Made by a program: the position numbers and the translations under genes | The notes under the pieces: generated by a model | Told to the model about the DNA's origin: nothing | Seen by the model: only the letters and a program-made list of their open reading frames with translations | Databases searched by the model: none | Shown here: positions 18,146-26,415 of the stretch, piece after piece | Layout of the letters: each line of letters opens with the position of its first letter | Numbering within the stretch: the stretch's first letter is position 1 | Assembly (NCBI GenBank): GCA_050014195.1 | Contig: JBEKDT010000025.1 | Coordinates: 1 to 32,827 of the forward strand | Origin: Desulfomonilia bacterium | GTDB lineage: Bacteria; Desulfobacterota; Desulfomonilia; UBA1062 | DNA length: 32,827 bases | Reading direction: 5' to 3'

Positions 18146-18182
18146 CCGGGCCGCACAGCTTAGCCCGGCGTTTACTTTGTTA
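18146..18182 (+). terminator. Possible intrinsic terminator between convergent genes
   Basis: Stem CCGGGC/GCCCGG (18146-18151, 18163-18168) followed by T-rich GTTTACTTTGTT. Confidence 0.35.
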
Positions 18183-18193
18183 GTTAAGTATAT

Positions 18194-18934
18194 CTACCTG
18201 GCGAGGCCCGTTCTCGCCATGATCGTCTTTATGGTCCCATCTTTTTCCATGGACTCGTAGGCCTTGTTGAACTCCTTGGCCAGCCTTTCCGAGTCAGGCA
18301 GCTTTTTGGGAAAGATCACGAACAGCTCATGAATGGCGAGCGGCGGTTCGATTGCTTCAAGTTTACCCGCAGCCTCGGGTACCTTTGTCTTGATAAGATA
18401 CTGGGCCACGAGTTTGTCTACCACGATGAGGTCCAGTTCACCCCTGGCGAGTTTATGCAGGTTCTCTTCGTCACTTTCAGCCTCGATCTTCTTCAGGTAG
18501 GCGGCATTGTCTAATTCATCAGTGTTGATATTACCCTTTACGACCCCGATCTTATAGGGAGTGAGGTCCTTCAAGGTCTTATAGGTTATGTTGGATGATG
18601 TGCGTTTGTAAAAAACCAGCAGACTGCTGGAGAAGACGTATGAATAGACAAAGTCCTGTGCCCGCTCTTTAGAATAATACTCCGGGAATACCGCATCATA
18701 GTTACCCTTGGCGGCATCCGCGATGGCCTTGTCCCTTGGCATGAACTCGATCGTCACCTGGTGCCCGGCACGTTTGAATGCCTCGGTGATGATCTCCGAA
18801 TCGAAGCCGTAGTTCGTCAGTGTTTGACCCACATAGGGTTCCCGGTCGAGAGCAGCTATTTTCAGGTTCTCAGCCTGAGAAACAGCCGCCATGAAGATGA
18901 ATGCCAGCCCCACCAAGACAACAAACCTTCTCAT
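18194..18934 (-). CDS. Periplasmic solute-binding protein, family 3 (amino acid-type), stand-alone
   Basis: GGAG Shine-Dalgarno, signal peptide MRRFVVLVGLAFIFMAAVSQA, PY..GFDSEI, YSKERA, LARGELDL, FNKA..GT; no permease adjacent. Confidence 0.85.
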   Translation of the reverse strand: MRRFVVLVGLAFIFMAAVSQAENLKIAALDREPYVGQTLTNYGFDSEIITEAFKRAGHQVTIEFMPRDKAIADAAKGNYDAVFPEYYSKERAQDFVYSYVFSSSLLVFYKRTSSNITYKTLKDLTPYKIGVVKGNINTDELDNAAYLKKIEAESDEENLHKLARGELDLIVVDKLVAQYLIKTKVPEAAGKLEAIEPPLAIHELFVIFPKKLPDSERLAKEFNKAYESMEKDGTIKTIMARTGLAR

Positions 18935-19016
18935 ACATTTCTCCTTTCCATGATGATATTCCCTTCTCATGGCACTTGGTGTATACAATAGTGTCTTGGA
19001 AGGAAGGATCAACCCC

Positions 19017-19934
19017 ATGATGTTTAAAAGTGTTTCTGATGTTCAGGACAAATTGCAGGACGTCGGTTATATTACCTCAAGGGAGATTGCAACCGTGGTG
19101 TTCCTCGCCTCAGCCACGCAAAAGCCCATCCTCGTGGAAGGGCCTGCAGGCGTGGGAAAGACGGAGCTGGCAAAGGCCGTGTCCCGGGCGTTTGACTGTG
19201 AGCTTATCCGGCTCCAATGTTATGAAGGCCTGGATGAGGCAAAGGCCCTCTATGAGTGGGAATATGCCAAGCAACTCCTGTACACCCAGATGGTGAAAGA
19301 AAAGATCAGCGATGTCATTGTAGGGGCAAAGACACTTTCCGATGCGGTTGACAGGATCGCCGATCAGGAGGACGCCTTTTTTTCCGAGCGGTTCATTCAG
19401 CCGAGGCCGCTTCTGAAGGCTATTACATCGGATCAACCGGTGGTCTTGCTCATCGATGAGGTGGACAAGTCCGATCCGGAGTTCGAGGCCTTTTTGCTTG
19501 AGCTCTTAAGCGACTTCCAGGTCTCCATCCCTGAAATCGGGACACAGAAGGCCAAGAACATCCCCTTTGTGGTGCTCACCTCCAATAACTACCGTGACAT
19601 GAGCGATGCCCTGAAGCGCCGCTGCATCCATATCTATATCGATTATCCGGATCGTGAGCTGGAGATGCGCGTTGTCACCATCAAGATCCCGGGGATCTCG
19701 GATAGGCTAGCCGGACAGGTGGTCGATGCCGTGCGCAACATCCGCAACGTCGATCTGAAGAAGAAGCCGTGCATATCTGAGACCATTGACTGGGCACGTT
19801 CGCTCATTGCCTTGAACGTGGAGGATCTCACACCCGATGTCCTCCTTGAGACGCTCAACATGCTGTGCAAGTACCGCTCCGATTCCCAGGCCGTGAGGTT
19901 GAAGGCACAGGAGATCGTAATAGGCCATTCTTAA
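19017..19934 (+). CDS. MoxR-family AAA+ ATPase (CoxD-like)
   Basis: VEGPAGVGKTELAK, RLQCYEGLDEAKALYEWEY, LLIDEVDK, LTSN..DALKRRC; AGGAAGG Shine-Dalgarno. Confidence 0.93.
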   Translation: MMFKSVSDVQDKLQDVGYITSREIATVVFLASATQKPILVEGPAGVGKTELAKAVSRAFDCELIRLQCYEGLDEAKALYEWEYAKQLLYTQMVKEKISDVIVGAKTLSDAVDRIADQEDAFFSERFIQPRPLLKAITSDQPVVLLIDEVDKSDPEFEAFLLELLSDFQVSIPEIGTQKAKNIPFVVLTSNNYRDMSDALKRRCIHIYIDYPDRELEMRVVTIKIPGISDRLAGQVVDAVRNIRNVDLKKKPCISETIDWARSLIALNVEDLTPDVLLETLNMLCKYRSDSQAVRLKAQEIVIGHS

Positions 19935-21311
19935 ATGATCAGCCCCATCCTGAAGTTCGTGGAGTGCTGCAGGGCAGCCGGATACCGGATCTCCACCGCA
20001 GAGGTCATTGACTGCATCGAACAGCTTGAACTCGTCGATGTACTCGATGAGGTGGAATTCAGGGCGGCCCTCCGGGCGAACTTTGCCAAGAGCAGGCGTG
20101 ACCAGGCACACTTCGACCGCCTTTATCACCTCTTTTTCCATGAGCTGCGGGGCGACCTTTCCGAAGAAGAGGGAATCGCACAAAAGGCCGGCCAGGTCAT
20201 CGAAGCCTTAAGAGAGCAATTAAACGGCGACCGGTCACACAATGCAGTTATTGAGTTTCTCTCGGGCGACCCCCTCATGTTCCTGGAGATGATGCGACAG
20301 ATCCAAACGGAGAGCGATACATCAAGCTTCGGCATGAAATTCAATCTTGGTCCGTTGGCGAGCAGGCTCAAGGTCATGGTAACGCTGAATAGGGTCCAGG
20401 AAGAGATCGATCAGTTTCTTCAGCGCAATCCGTTTCAGATCAATTCATCTATGCGCAGTGATCTGGCCAGATATTTCTCTGAATACCTCCAGAGCGCCTA
20501 TGCCCTGCTGCTCAAAGAGCCAAGACCTTACACCGATGACCAGCGGGGTTTCAAGACCCATGAGAAGCATCTCCTGGAGCTGGGTGAAAGGCCCTTCGCC
20601 TCTCTTACCGCCAGAGAGATCGAAGACGTGCGGGAGGTTCTGGACAAACTTGTCCGAAAGCTTAAGGACATCATCTCGCGCCGGTATGCAACCAACCGCC
20701 GGGGTGTCCTGGATGTGAAAAAGACCCTGCGCAGGGCTGCCCGGTATCAGGGTGTCCCCGTGGAGATCGTGTTTAAGAACCGTCCGCCCAAGAAGGCCAA
20801 GATCGTTACCCTATGTGACATATCTTCTTCTGTGTGGTCTGCGGCCCGGTTTATGCTCAATGTTTTGTATTCTCTCAATGAATGCTTTGAAAAGGTGAAC
20901 AGTTTTGTCTTTGTCTCCGGGGTAAAGGAAGTAACGGATATCTTCGACGATAACGAGCCCAACCATGCCATTGAGATGATCCTGAAGGATCTTGATTTCA
21001 ATTATTATGTATCTACGGATTACGGCGAGACCTTCAGACAGTTTAGAAATGACCATATGGACGTCCTTACCAAACGGACGACGCTTATCATCATGGGGGA
21101 TGCCCGGACAAACTACCTCCATCCGGAAGACAGGATTTTAGGAGAGATGCGTGAGCGGTGCAGGAGGGTCATCTGGCTCAACCCGGAGCCCATGAGCAGC
21201 TGGAATACCGGGGACAGCGAGATGTACGCCTATAAGCAGTATTGTCACGAGTTGAGACCGTGCAGAAACCTTAACCAGCTCATCGAGTTCATAGAGGAGC
21301 TCATGCTCTGA
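19935..21311 (+). CDS. VWA-domain protein (CoxE-like)
   Basis: LDVKKTLRR, MIDAS DISSS..STDYG..GDARTN, WLNPEP, CRNLNQL; directly follows MoxR. Confidence 0.92.
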   Translation: MISPILKFVECCRAAGYRISTAEVIDCIEQLELVDVLDEVEFRAALRANFAKSRRDQAHFDRLYHLFFHELRGDLSEEEGIAQKAGQVIEALREQLNGDRSHNAVIEFLSGDPLMFLEMMRQIQTESDTSSFGMKFNLGPLASRLKVMVTLNRVQEEIDQFLQRNPFQINSSMRSDLARYFSEYLQSAYALLLKEPRPYTDDQRGFKTHEKHLLELGERPFASLTAREIEDVREVLDKLVRKLKDIISRRYATNRRGVLDVKKTLRRAARYQGVPVEIVFKNRPPKKAKIVTLCDISSSVWSAARFMLNVLYSLNECFEKVNSFVFVSGVKEVTDIFDDNEPNHAIEMILKDLDFNYYVSTDYGETFRQFRNDHMDVLTKRTTLIIMGDARTNYLHPEDRILGEMRERCRRVIWLNPEPMSSWNTGDSEMYAYKQYCHELRPCRNLNQLIEFIEELML

Positions 21312-22459
21312 TGCCCATGGGGTGCACTCTGAGAGATGAACTAGATAATCTGAGGCAACTGGCACAAGATTTTGCGGCACAAAACATTGCCGTGCGCTCC
21401 GAGCTCTCTTCGAACACTGAATTCCCCATGGATCTCTGGCATTCCCTGGGAAGCTCGGGCCTGCTCGGTATCAGTACACCCAAGGATTTTGGGGGGCAGG
21501 GATTAGGCTATAGAGGAATTCTCATAGCGGGCAGGGCACTTGCAAGACACGGATTATGCCTGGGGATTACCCTCTCCTGGCTCATGCACCAGATCACGGC
21601 CCGATTCTTCCTGGGTTCTTTTACTTCTGAGGGCCAAAGGCATAAGCTCCTTCCGGGCATAGCGACAGGCGCCATCACTGTAAGCATTGCCATCTCCGAG
21701 CCGGGGGTCGGCGGACACCCCAAACACCTAAGGACCACAGCAGAGAAAACCGGTTCCGGTTATCTTATCACGGGTGAGAAGACATTTCTTACGAACGGAC
21801 CCATTGCCGATATTTTCATAGTTTTTGCCATAAGCGCTCAGGAAGGCGGGAGGAAACGTTACAGTGCCTTTATGGTAACCAAAGATAACCCGGGGCTCCG
21901 GCTGACCGAGCCGTCGGATCTCGGCTTCTTGCGGCCGTGTCCTCATGGCGGCATCATCCTGAATGGATGCATTGTGTCCTCGGCAGATATGATCGGGAAC
22001 CCGGGCGAAGCATATGAGGATATGGCGCTCCCCTTCCGGGAGATCGAAGACATCATGATGATGGGGCCCATCCTCGGTGCCCAGGAGGCCAGGCTTGACG
22101 GGATCGTATCAGCCATGCATGGGGCGGTCGTTATCCCTGCTGAGGATATTGCCTTCCGGCTTGGTGGAATAAGCAGCATATTAAACGCCCTTGATGTCAT
22201 AGCACTTCATGCCTGCACAAGACTTGAGGACAAAGATAATCCGAAAGAACTCCTCAAATTGATACTCGCATATAGGCGCCTTAACGCTCAGATACATCAG
22301 GAACTTGAAGAGGTTGCTTCGTTATCAAGGATAATCCCATCCGGGGCATATCAGGTACTCACCCATGATCTTGACCATATCGGGCGGTTTGCAGGGCGGG
22401 TCAGTAAGCTCAAGCAGATAAGGCTTGGCGAGGCGCTCATTGAGAATAAATCCCATTAA
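21311..22459 (+). CDS. Divergent acyl-CoA dehydrogenase family protein
   Basis: FPMDLW..GLLGISTPKDFGGQG, AISEPG, ITGEKTFLTNG; TGATG coupling to the VWA gene; non-canonical C-terminus. Confidence 0.8.
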   Translation: MPMGCTLRDELDNLRQLAQDFAAQNIAVRSELSSNTEFPMDLWHSLGSSGLLGISTPKDFGGQGLGYRGILIAGRALARHGLCLGITLSWLMHQITARFFLGSFTSEGQRHKLLPGIATGAITVSIAISEPGVGGHPKHLRTTAEKTGSGYLITGEKTFLTNGPIADIFIVFAISAQEGGRKRYSAFMVTKDNPGLRLTEPSDLGFLRPCPHGGIILNGCIVSSADMIGNPGEAYEDMALPFREIEDIMMMGPILGAQEARLDGIVSAMHGAVVIPAEDIAFRLGGISSILNALDVIALHACTRLEDKDNPKELLKLILAYRRLNAQIHQELEEVASLSRIIPSGAYQVLTHDLDHIGRFAGRVSKLKQIRLGEALIENKSH

Positions 22460-22476
22460 TTTAAGGATATATTGAA

Positions 22477-22497
22477 GATCACTGTTCACGGAACACG
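22477..22497. repeat. Short heptamer array (GATCACT GTTCACG GAACACG)
   Basis: Reverse-orientation copies of the (A/C)GTGAYY heptamer family seen at 23134 and 29188. Confidence 0.45.
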
Positions 22498-22503
22498 ACA
22501 AAG

Positions 22504-23115
22504 TTAGAGTGGCAGGCACCTGATGCCGATGGCCTTTTCCACATGGCCGATGGCATGGAAGACAGCCTGAGGTACCTTGATCGGTATGCCCATGAGCTTC
22601 CAGCAGATGAATTCGATGACGATCCCTGCTTCTGCCACAGTATCCATATAGGCGAATTCCGTAGTGTTGGGGAATGCCTTGAGCGTGCCTCTGATCCAGG
22701 TGGGATAACCGTCTTTTTCCAACCGGGCTGCCCAGCCGTCTACATCCTTTACCAGGAAGCCCAGATGCTGCACCACCATCCGGCAGTCCTGGTCGACGCA
22801 TGCCTTGTAGAAATTTGAGCCGACACCGGGTTCCAGGAGTTCAACCTCAAAGCCCTTGTGGTAGGCGATGCCCATCTTGCCCTTAAACTGTCCCAAATGC
22901 CTGCGCTCGTTCCAGAAGACAGGGCTGCCCGAGGCGATGAAGAACGGGCCTATGCCCTTTGCCTCCAGCTCTGCTGCTGCAGCCTCCACGTCAGGTACGA
23001 CGATGCCGAGCTGGTGTATCGGGGGAAGTTCGTATCTGTCCCTGAAATCCTTGGCGAGGCGAGAAACCGCCAGAGTGAAATTGTCGGCCTCGAGCAGGTC
23101 GTTGAAAAATACCAT
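22504..23115 (-). CDS. VOC family protein (methylmalonyl-CoA epimerase/glyoxalase-like)
   Basis: GAGGAGG Shine-Dalgarno, ATG 23115; metal-ligand motifs IHQLGIVV, VELLEP, QHLGFLV, VIEF. Confidence 0.85.
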   Translation of the reverse strand: MVFFNDLLEADNFTLAVSRLAKDFRDRYELPPIHQLGIVVPDVEAAAAELEAKGIGPFFIASGSPVFWNERRHLGQFKGKMGIAYHKGFEVELLEPGVGSNFYKACVDQDCRMVVQHLGFLVKDVDGWAARLEKDGYPTWIRGTLKAFPNTTEFAYMDTVAEAGIVIEFICWKLMGIPIKVPQAVFHAIGHVEKAIGIRCLPL

Positions 23116-23133
23116 GGTGTTCCTCCTCACAAG

Positions 23134-23221
23134 AGTGATTAGTGATGAGTGATCAGTTACCAAAGATCAGTTAAGACCAAGACCCTTAGACGCGGATACC
23201 TCTGATCAATGATCACTCATC
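23134..23221. repeat. AGTGATN heptamer array with inverted partner
   Basis: AGTGATT AGTGATG AGTGATC AGTTACC AAAGATC AGTTAAG (23134-23175); GATGAGTGATCA (23144-23155) pairs with TGATCACTCATC (23210-23221). Confidence 0.8.
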
Positions 23222-23413
23222 TTATTTCGCCGGCTCGTGCGCCTTCCTGCCATAGACCTTCTCATAGGCCATGCAGAACGGGCAGAATCTGCCTTCGATG
23301 GTCTTGACAAAGGAGTAGAGCATGCCTTTCTGATTCTTCCGTGCAGTCTTGCACACAGGGCAGATGGTGCACACAAAGGCCAGAGATCTGGTGAGTGCGC
23401 TTTTCGATTGCAT
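23222..23413 (-). CDS. Small Cys-rich hypothetical protein (CxxCxxC..CxxC)
   Basis: CTICPVCKTARKNQKG..CPFCMAYEKVYGRKAHEP; GGGGTGA Shine-Dalgarno before ATG 23413. Confidence 0.7.
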   Translation of the reverse strand: MQSKSALTRSLAFVCTICPVCKTARKNQKGMLYSFVKTIEGRFCPFCMAYEKVYGRKAHEPAK

Positions 23414-23439
23414 CTTAAATATCACCCCCCCACTAAGAA

Positions 23440-24150
23440 TTAATCCACGTTCTCTTGAAAATAGTCGAGAAAAAAATTAAAAAATATCTTCCCGGATTCG
23501 ATGGATGGTCCGTGTTTTATTATTTCATCAACATGATAATTGTGTGATTCCAACAGATCTCTGTCTTCTAGAAAAAATTCATTCCCTTTTTTTCTATCAT
23601 ATTCAGGATGAAACTGGGTACCGAAAAGACGGAGTTCAGTATTAACATATGCCTGGATTCGGGTGTGGGAATTGGTGGCAATGATGTGCGAACCTTTGGG
23701 TAGTTCAATCACCTCATCCAAATGGTGTTGCCATAGTGTTTCAGTCTTTGATACGCCAGCAATTCTTAAAGTATTATTTATAAAAGAGACCTTACACCAC
23801 CCTGCTTCGAGTCCCTGTGATGATTTCCTGACTGCGTGAGGCCCCAAGAGGGCACGGCATATAAGTTGGTGTCCGTAACAGATTCCCATTTGAGGGATTT
23901 GTTTGTCTTTTAGGCTTTGGATATAATTTAGAGCTTTTTGAGTGAATGGCGCGGTCTTGGTAACAGAAAGCTCTGATCCGCTGTGAATTACATAGGTATA
24001 ATCTCTTTCAATAAGCTGATCCGGGAACGATTCCGCAGAATCAATAAAAAGTGAGGTAGCCTCTGAGTCTTTCGGCAACCATCGTCTTATCAACGTTGCT
24101 TCGCTTCTCCTTGCTGAATAGTCGAGTATCAATATTTTTTTATAGCCCAT
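23440..24150 (-). CDS. Type 1 glutamine amidotransferase domain protein (GuaA-N-like, stand-alone)
   Basis: SGS, GICYGHQ nucleophile elbow, TQFHPE catalytic His-Glu; markedly AT-rich. Confidence 0.9.
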   Translation of the reverse strand: MGYKKILILDYSARRSEATLIRRWLPKDSEATSLFIDSAESFPDQLIERDYTYVIHSGSELSVTKTAPFTQKALNYIQSLKDKQIPQMGICYGHQLICRALLGPHAVRKSSQGLEAGWCKVSFINNTLRIAGVSKTETLWQHHLDEVIELPKGSHIIATNSHTRIQAYVNTELRLFGTQFHPEYDRKKGNEFFLEDRDLLESHNYHVDEIIKHGPSIESGKIFFNFFLDYFQENVD

Positions 24151-24166
24151 ATCTTGTGTATCGCAG

Positions 24167-25819
24167 CTACTTCACCTTGAGCAGTTTGTGATCCAGGAGA
24201 TAGTTGTAGGCGGTAAGCGCTGCCTTTGCCCCTGCCCCTGCAGCCACCACGATCTGTTTCTCCGTCTCGTCGGTGACGTCTCCTGCGGCAAAGAAGCCCG
24301 GCACCGAGGTTGACTGATCACGTTTGACCTCGATCTCTCCCTGGTCATTGAGCTTCACCAGGTCCTTGACCGGAGATGAGTTGGGGAGAAGCCCGATCTC
24401 AAGAAAGACACCGTCCACGTTCAGGTCAAGCCGGTCGGTCCCTTTCACCGGCTCAAGGCGGACACCTGCAAGCCTCTCCTTGCCGAGGTACTCCACGACC
24501 CGCATGCCGCTGTGGAGGGTAACATGCCGGGCCTTCATCACCTCCTCGAAGAGTACCGGGTCAGCCTGAAAGTCCTTCAGGACATTGACGATATGGATCT
24601 CCTTTGCATAGCTGATCAGGTCCCTGGCAGCCGTGAACGCCGAGTTCCCCCCGCCGATGACCGCCACACGCCTGTCCCGGTACAGAGGGGCATCGCATGT
24701 TGCACAAAAGGCGATGCCCCGGCCGAGAAACCGGCCTTCACCGGGAACCCCCAACGTCCTATACTCCTTGCCGGCGCAATAGATCACGGACTTTGCCCTG
24801 TATGTCAGACCGGAAACCGTATTGACCTCGAACATGACGTCTTTTTTCCCGACGGATGCCACCTTCATATCCATCTGCTCGGCAATGGCGTAGCGCTCGG
24901 CATGGACCCGGAATATTGCCGTGAGTTCTTTGCCGCTTATGTTGGGGATGCCGAGCCAGTTCTCTATGCTTGCCGTATTGGTGATTTGCCCGCCGAAGGA
25001 CTCTCCGATCAGGGCTACTTCAAGGTTCTTGCGGGTTGCATAGATGGCGGCTGTGAGGGCCGCCGGGCCGGCACCGATGATGATGACATCGTAGATATGA
25101 TCCGTTTTCGCCGGAAGTACAAAGCGCTGGCCGGCCGCCTCGCGCATCTGGGCATCGATCTGCTCATATTCTTTGGGTTTCACCACCTTCAGGATCTCCA
25201 GGATCGCCTGGGGGGCCGGCAGGGCACCTTCGAAGGATGCACCTTCGTTGATGACGGTCTTGGGCACGCCGCTCACCTCATAACGCTGCACCAATTGGGG
25301 AAACTGGGAGGACTCGATCATGTCCGCCTTGATATGCTCATTGGCGATGGCCATCTGGTGGGCGAGGTGTACCATATGGGGGCAATAGGGGCAGGTGAGC
25401 GTCACCATAACCTCCAGGTGCACCGGCATATCGATGAGTTCAAGGAGATGCAGGGTCTCGGGCGCCAGCCCCGATTTTCCGGCGGATACCATGAGGATAG
25501 CCTCGATAAGAGAACTGAATTCATAACCCATGGTCATGCCGTAGAAGCGGATACCATAATCTTTTTCACCGATGACGACGGTTGCCGGTACCTTGTTGAT
25601 CCCATAGCCGCGTGCAACATCGGCATCGACAAGGAGATCCCGGATCTCGAAAATGATCTTGTCCGACAGCACTTCGAGCTCTTTGAGCAGGCTCTCCTGC
25701 TCCCTGCACGCTACGCAGGCGTGCTCCTGGGTGAAGAACACGAGCCGGACCGGTGCCTTGAGTTGTTTTAAGACCGGCAGGAGCTCTTTCTTGGTCTTGG
25801 CATCAATAAGATCCGACAT
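24167..25819 (-). CDS. Protein-disulfide oxidoreductase (double thioredoxin fold) fused to thioredoxin reductase (AhpF-like)
   Basis: GAGGAGG Shine-Dalgarno; CVAC and CPYC in the N-terminal part; GAGPAA FAD motif, CATCD, GGGNSA NAD(P)H motif, TSVPGFFAAGD. Confidence 0.92.
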   Translation of the reverse strand: MSDLIDAKTKKELLPVLKQLKAPVRLVFFTQEHACVACREQESLLKELEVLSDKIIFEIRDLLVDADVARGYGINKVPATVVIGEKDYGIRFYGMTMGYEFSSLIEAILMVSAGKSGLAPETLHLLELIDMPVHLEVMVTLTCPYCPHMVHLAHQMAIANEHIKADMIESSQFPQLVQRYEVSGVPKTVINEGASFEGALPAPQAILEILKVVKPKEYEQIDAQMREAAGQRFVLPAKTDHIYDVIIIGAGPAALTAAIYATRKNLEVALIGESFGGQITNTASIENWLGIPNISGKELTAIFRVHAERYAIAEQMDMKVASVGKKDVMFEVNTVSGLTYRAKSVIYCAGKEYRTLGVPGEGRFLGRGIAFCATCDAPLYRDRRVAVIGGGNSAFTAARDLISYAKEIHIVNVLKDFQADPVLFEEVMKARHVTLHSGMRVVEYLGKERLAGVRLEPVKGTDRLDLNVDGVFLEIGLLPNSSPVKDLVKLNDQGEIEVKRDQSTSVPGFFAAGDVTDETEKQIVVAAGAGAKAALTAYNYLLDHKLLKVK

Positions 25820-25907
25820 TGCTTCCTCCTCAAGTGATGAATGCATGCGGGCATAAGAATTCTTCTATGTATTCTAATAACAGATGTGCATGATTGCAAC
25901 GGGTTGA

Positions 25908-26399
25908 TTAAGGCTCTTTAACCGCCGCGTTGATCTTTGTCACAATGAATGCCTTCTCAAGGTCTGCCGGTCTCATCTCCACCATGAAGCCCCTCTTCCC
26001 GCCGTTAATGAAGATACGATCCAGCTCGAATATGGTGGACTGAGCATAAACGGGTAGTCCGGCACGTGTTCCGAAGGGACTGATGCCCCCCACCAGGTAA
26101 CCGGTGAACCTCTGGGCATCGTTCTCCTCGCAGGGACTCACACGCTTCACTCCGAGCTCCCGTGCAAGCTGCTTGACGGACACCTCGCAATCGCCGTGCA
26201 TGAGCACGATCAACGGCTTCTTATCATCAGGTTCCATGATGAGGGTCTTGATCACCTGGTTCTCGGGGATGAGAAAATATTCAGAAACATGATGTGTCCC
26301 CCCATGCTCTATAAAGGGATAGAGGTGGGGGGTAAATGCGATCTTCTTGTCCCGCAGCATGCGGATTGCCTGGGTAATGGGATAATCAGGCCTTGGCAT
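25908..26399 (-). CDS. ybaK: YbaK/EbsC family aminoacyl-tRNA deacylase
   Basis: VIKTL, TGYLVGGISPFG, INGGKRG motifs. Confidence 0.9.
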   Translation of the reverse strand: MPRPDYPITQAIRMLRDKKIAFTPHLYPFIEHGGTHHVSEYFLIPENQVIKTLIMEPDDKKPLIVLMHGDCEVSVKQLARELGVKRVSPCEENDAQRFTGYLVGGISPFGTRAGLPVYAQSTIFELDRIFINGGKRGFMVEMRPADLEKAFIVTKINAAVKEP

Positions 26400-26415
26400 T
26401 ACCCTTCAAGAGCCT

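Noticed and set aside
18969-19018. Head-to-head overlap of the binding-protein and MoxR ORFs
   Set aside because: Artefact of longest-ORF starts; Shine-Dalgarno-supported starts at 18934 and 19017 leave a normal divergent gap.
24512-25771. 419-aa + strand ORF
   Set aside because: Antisense shadow of the well-supported reductase fusion; no motifs, typical of GC-rich codon bias.
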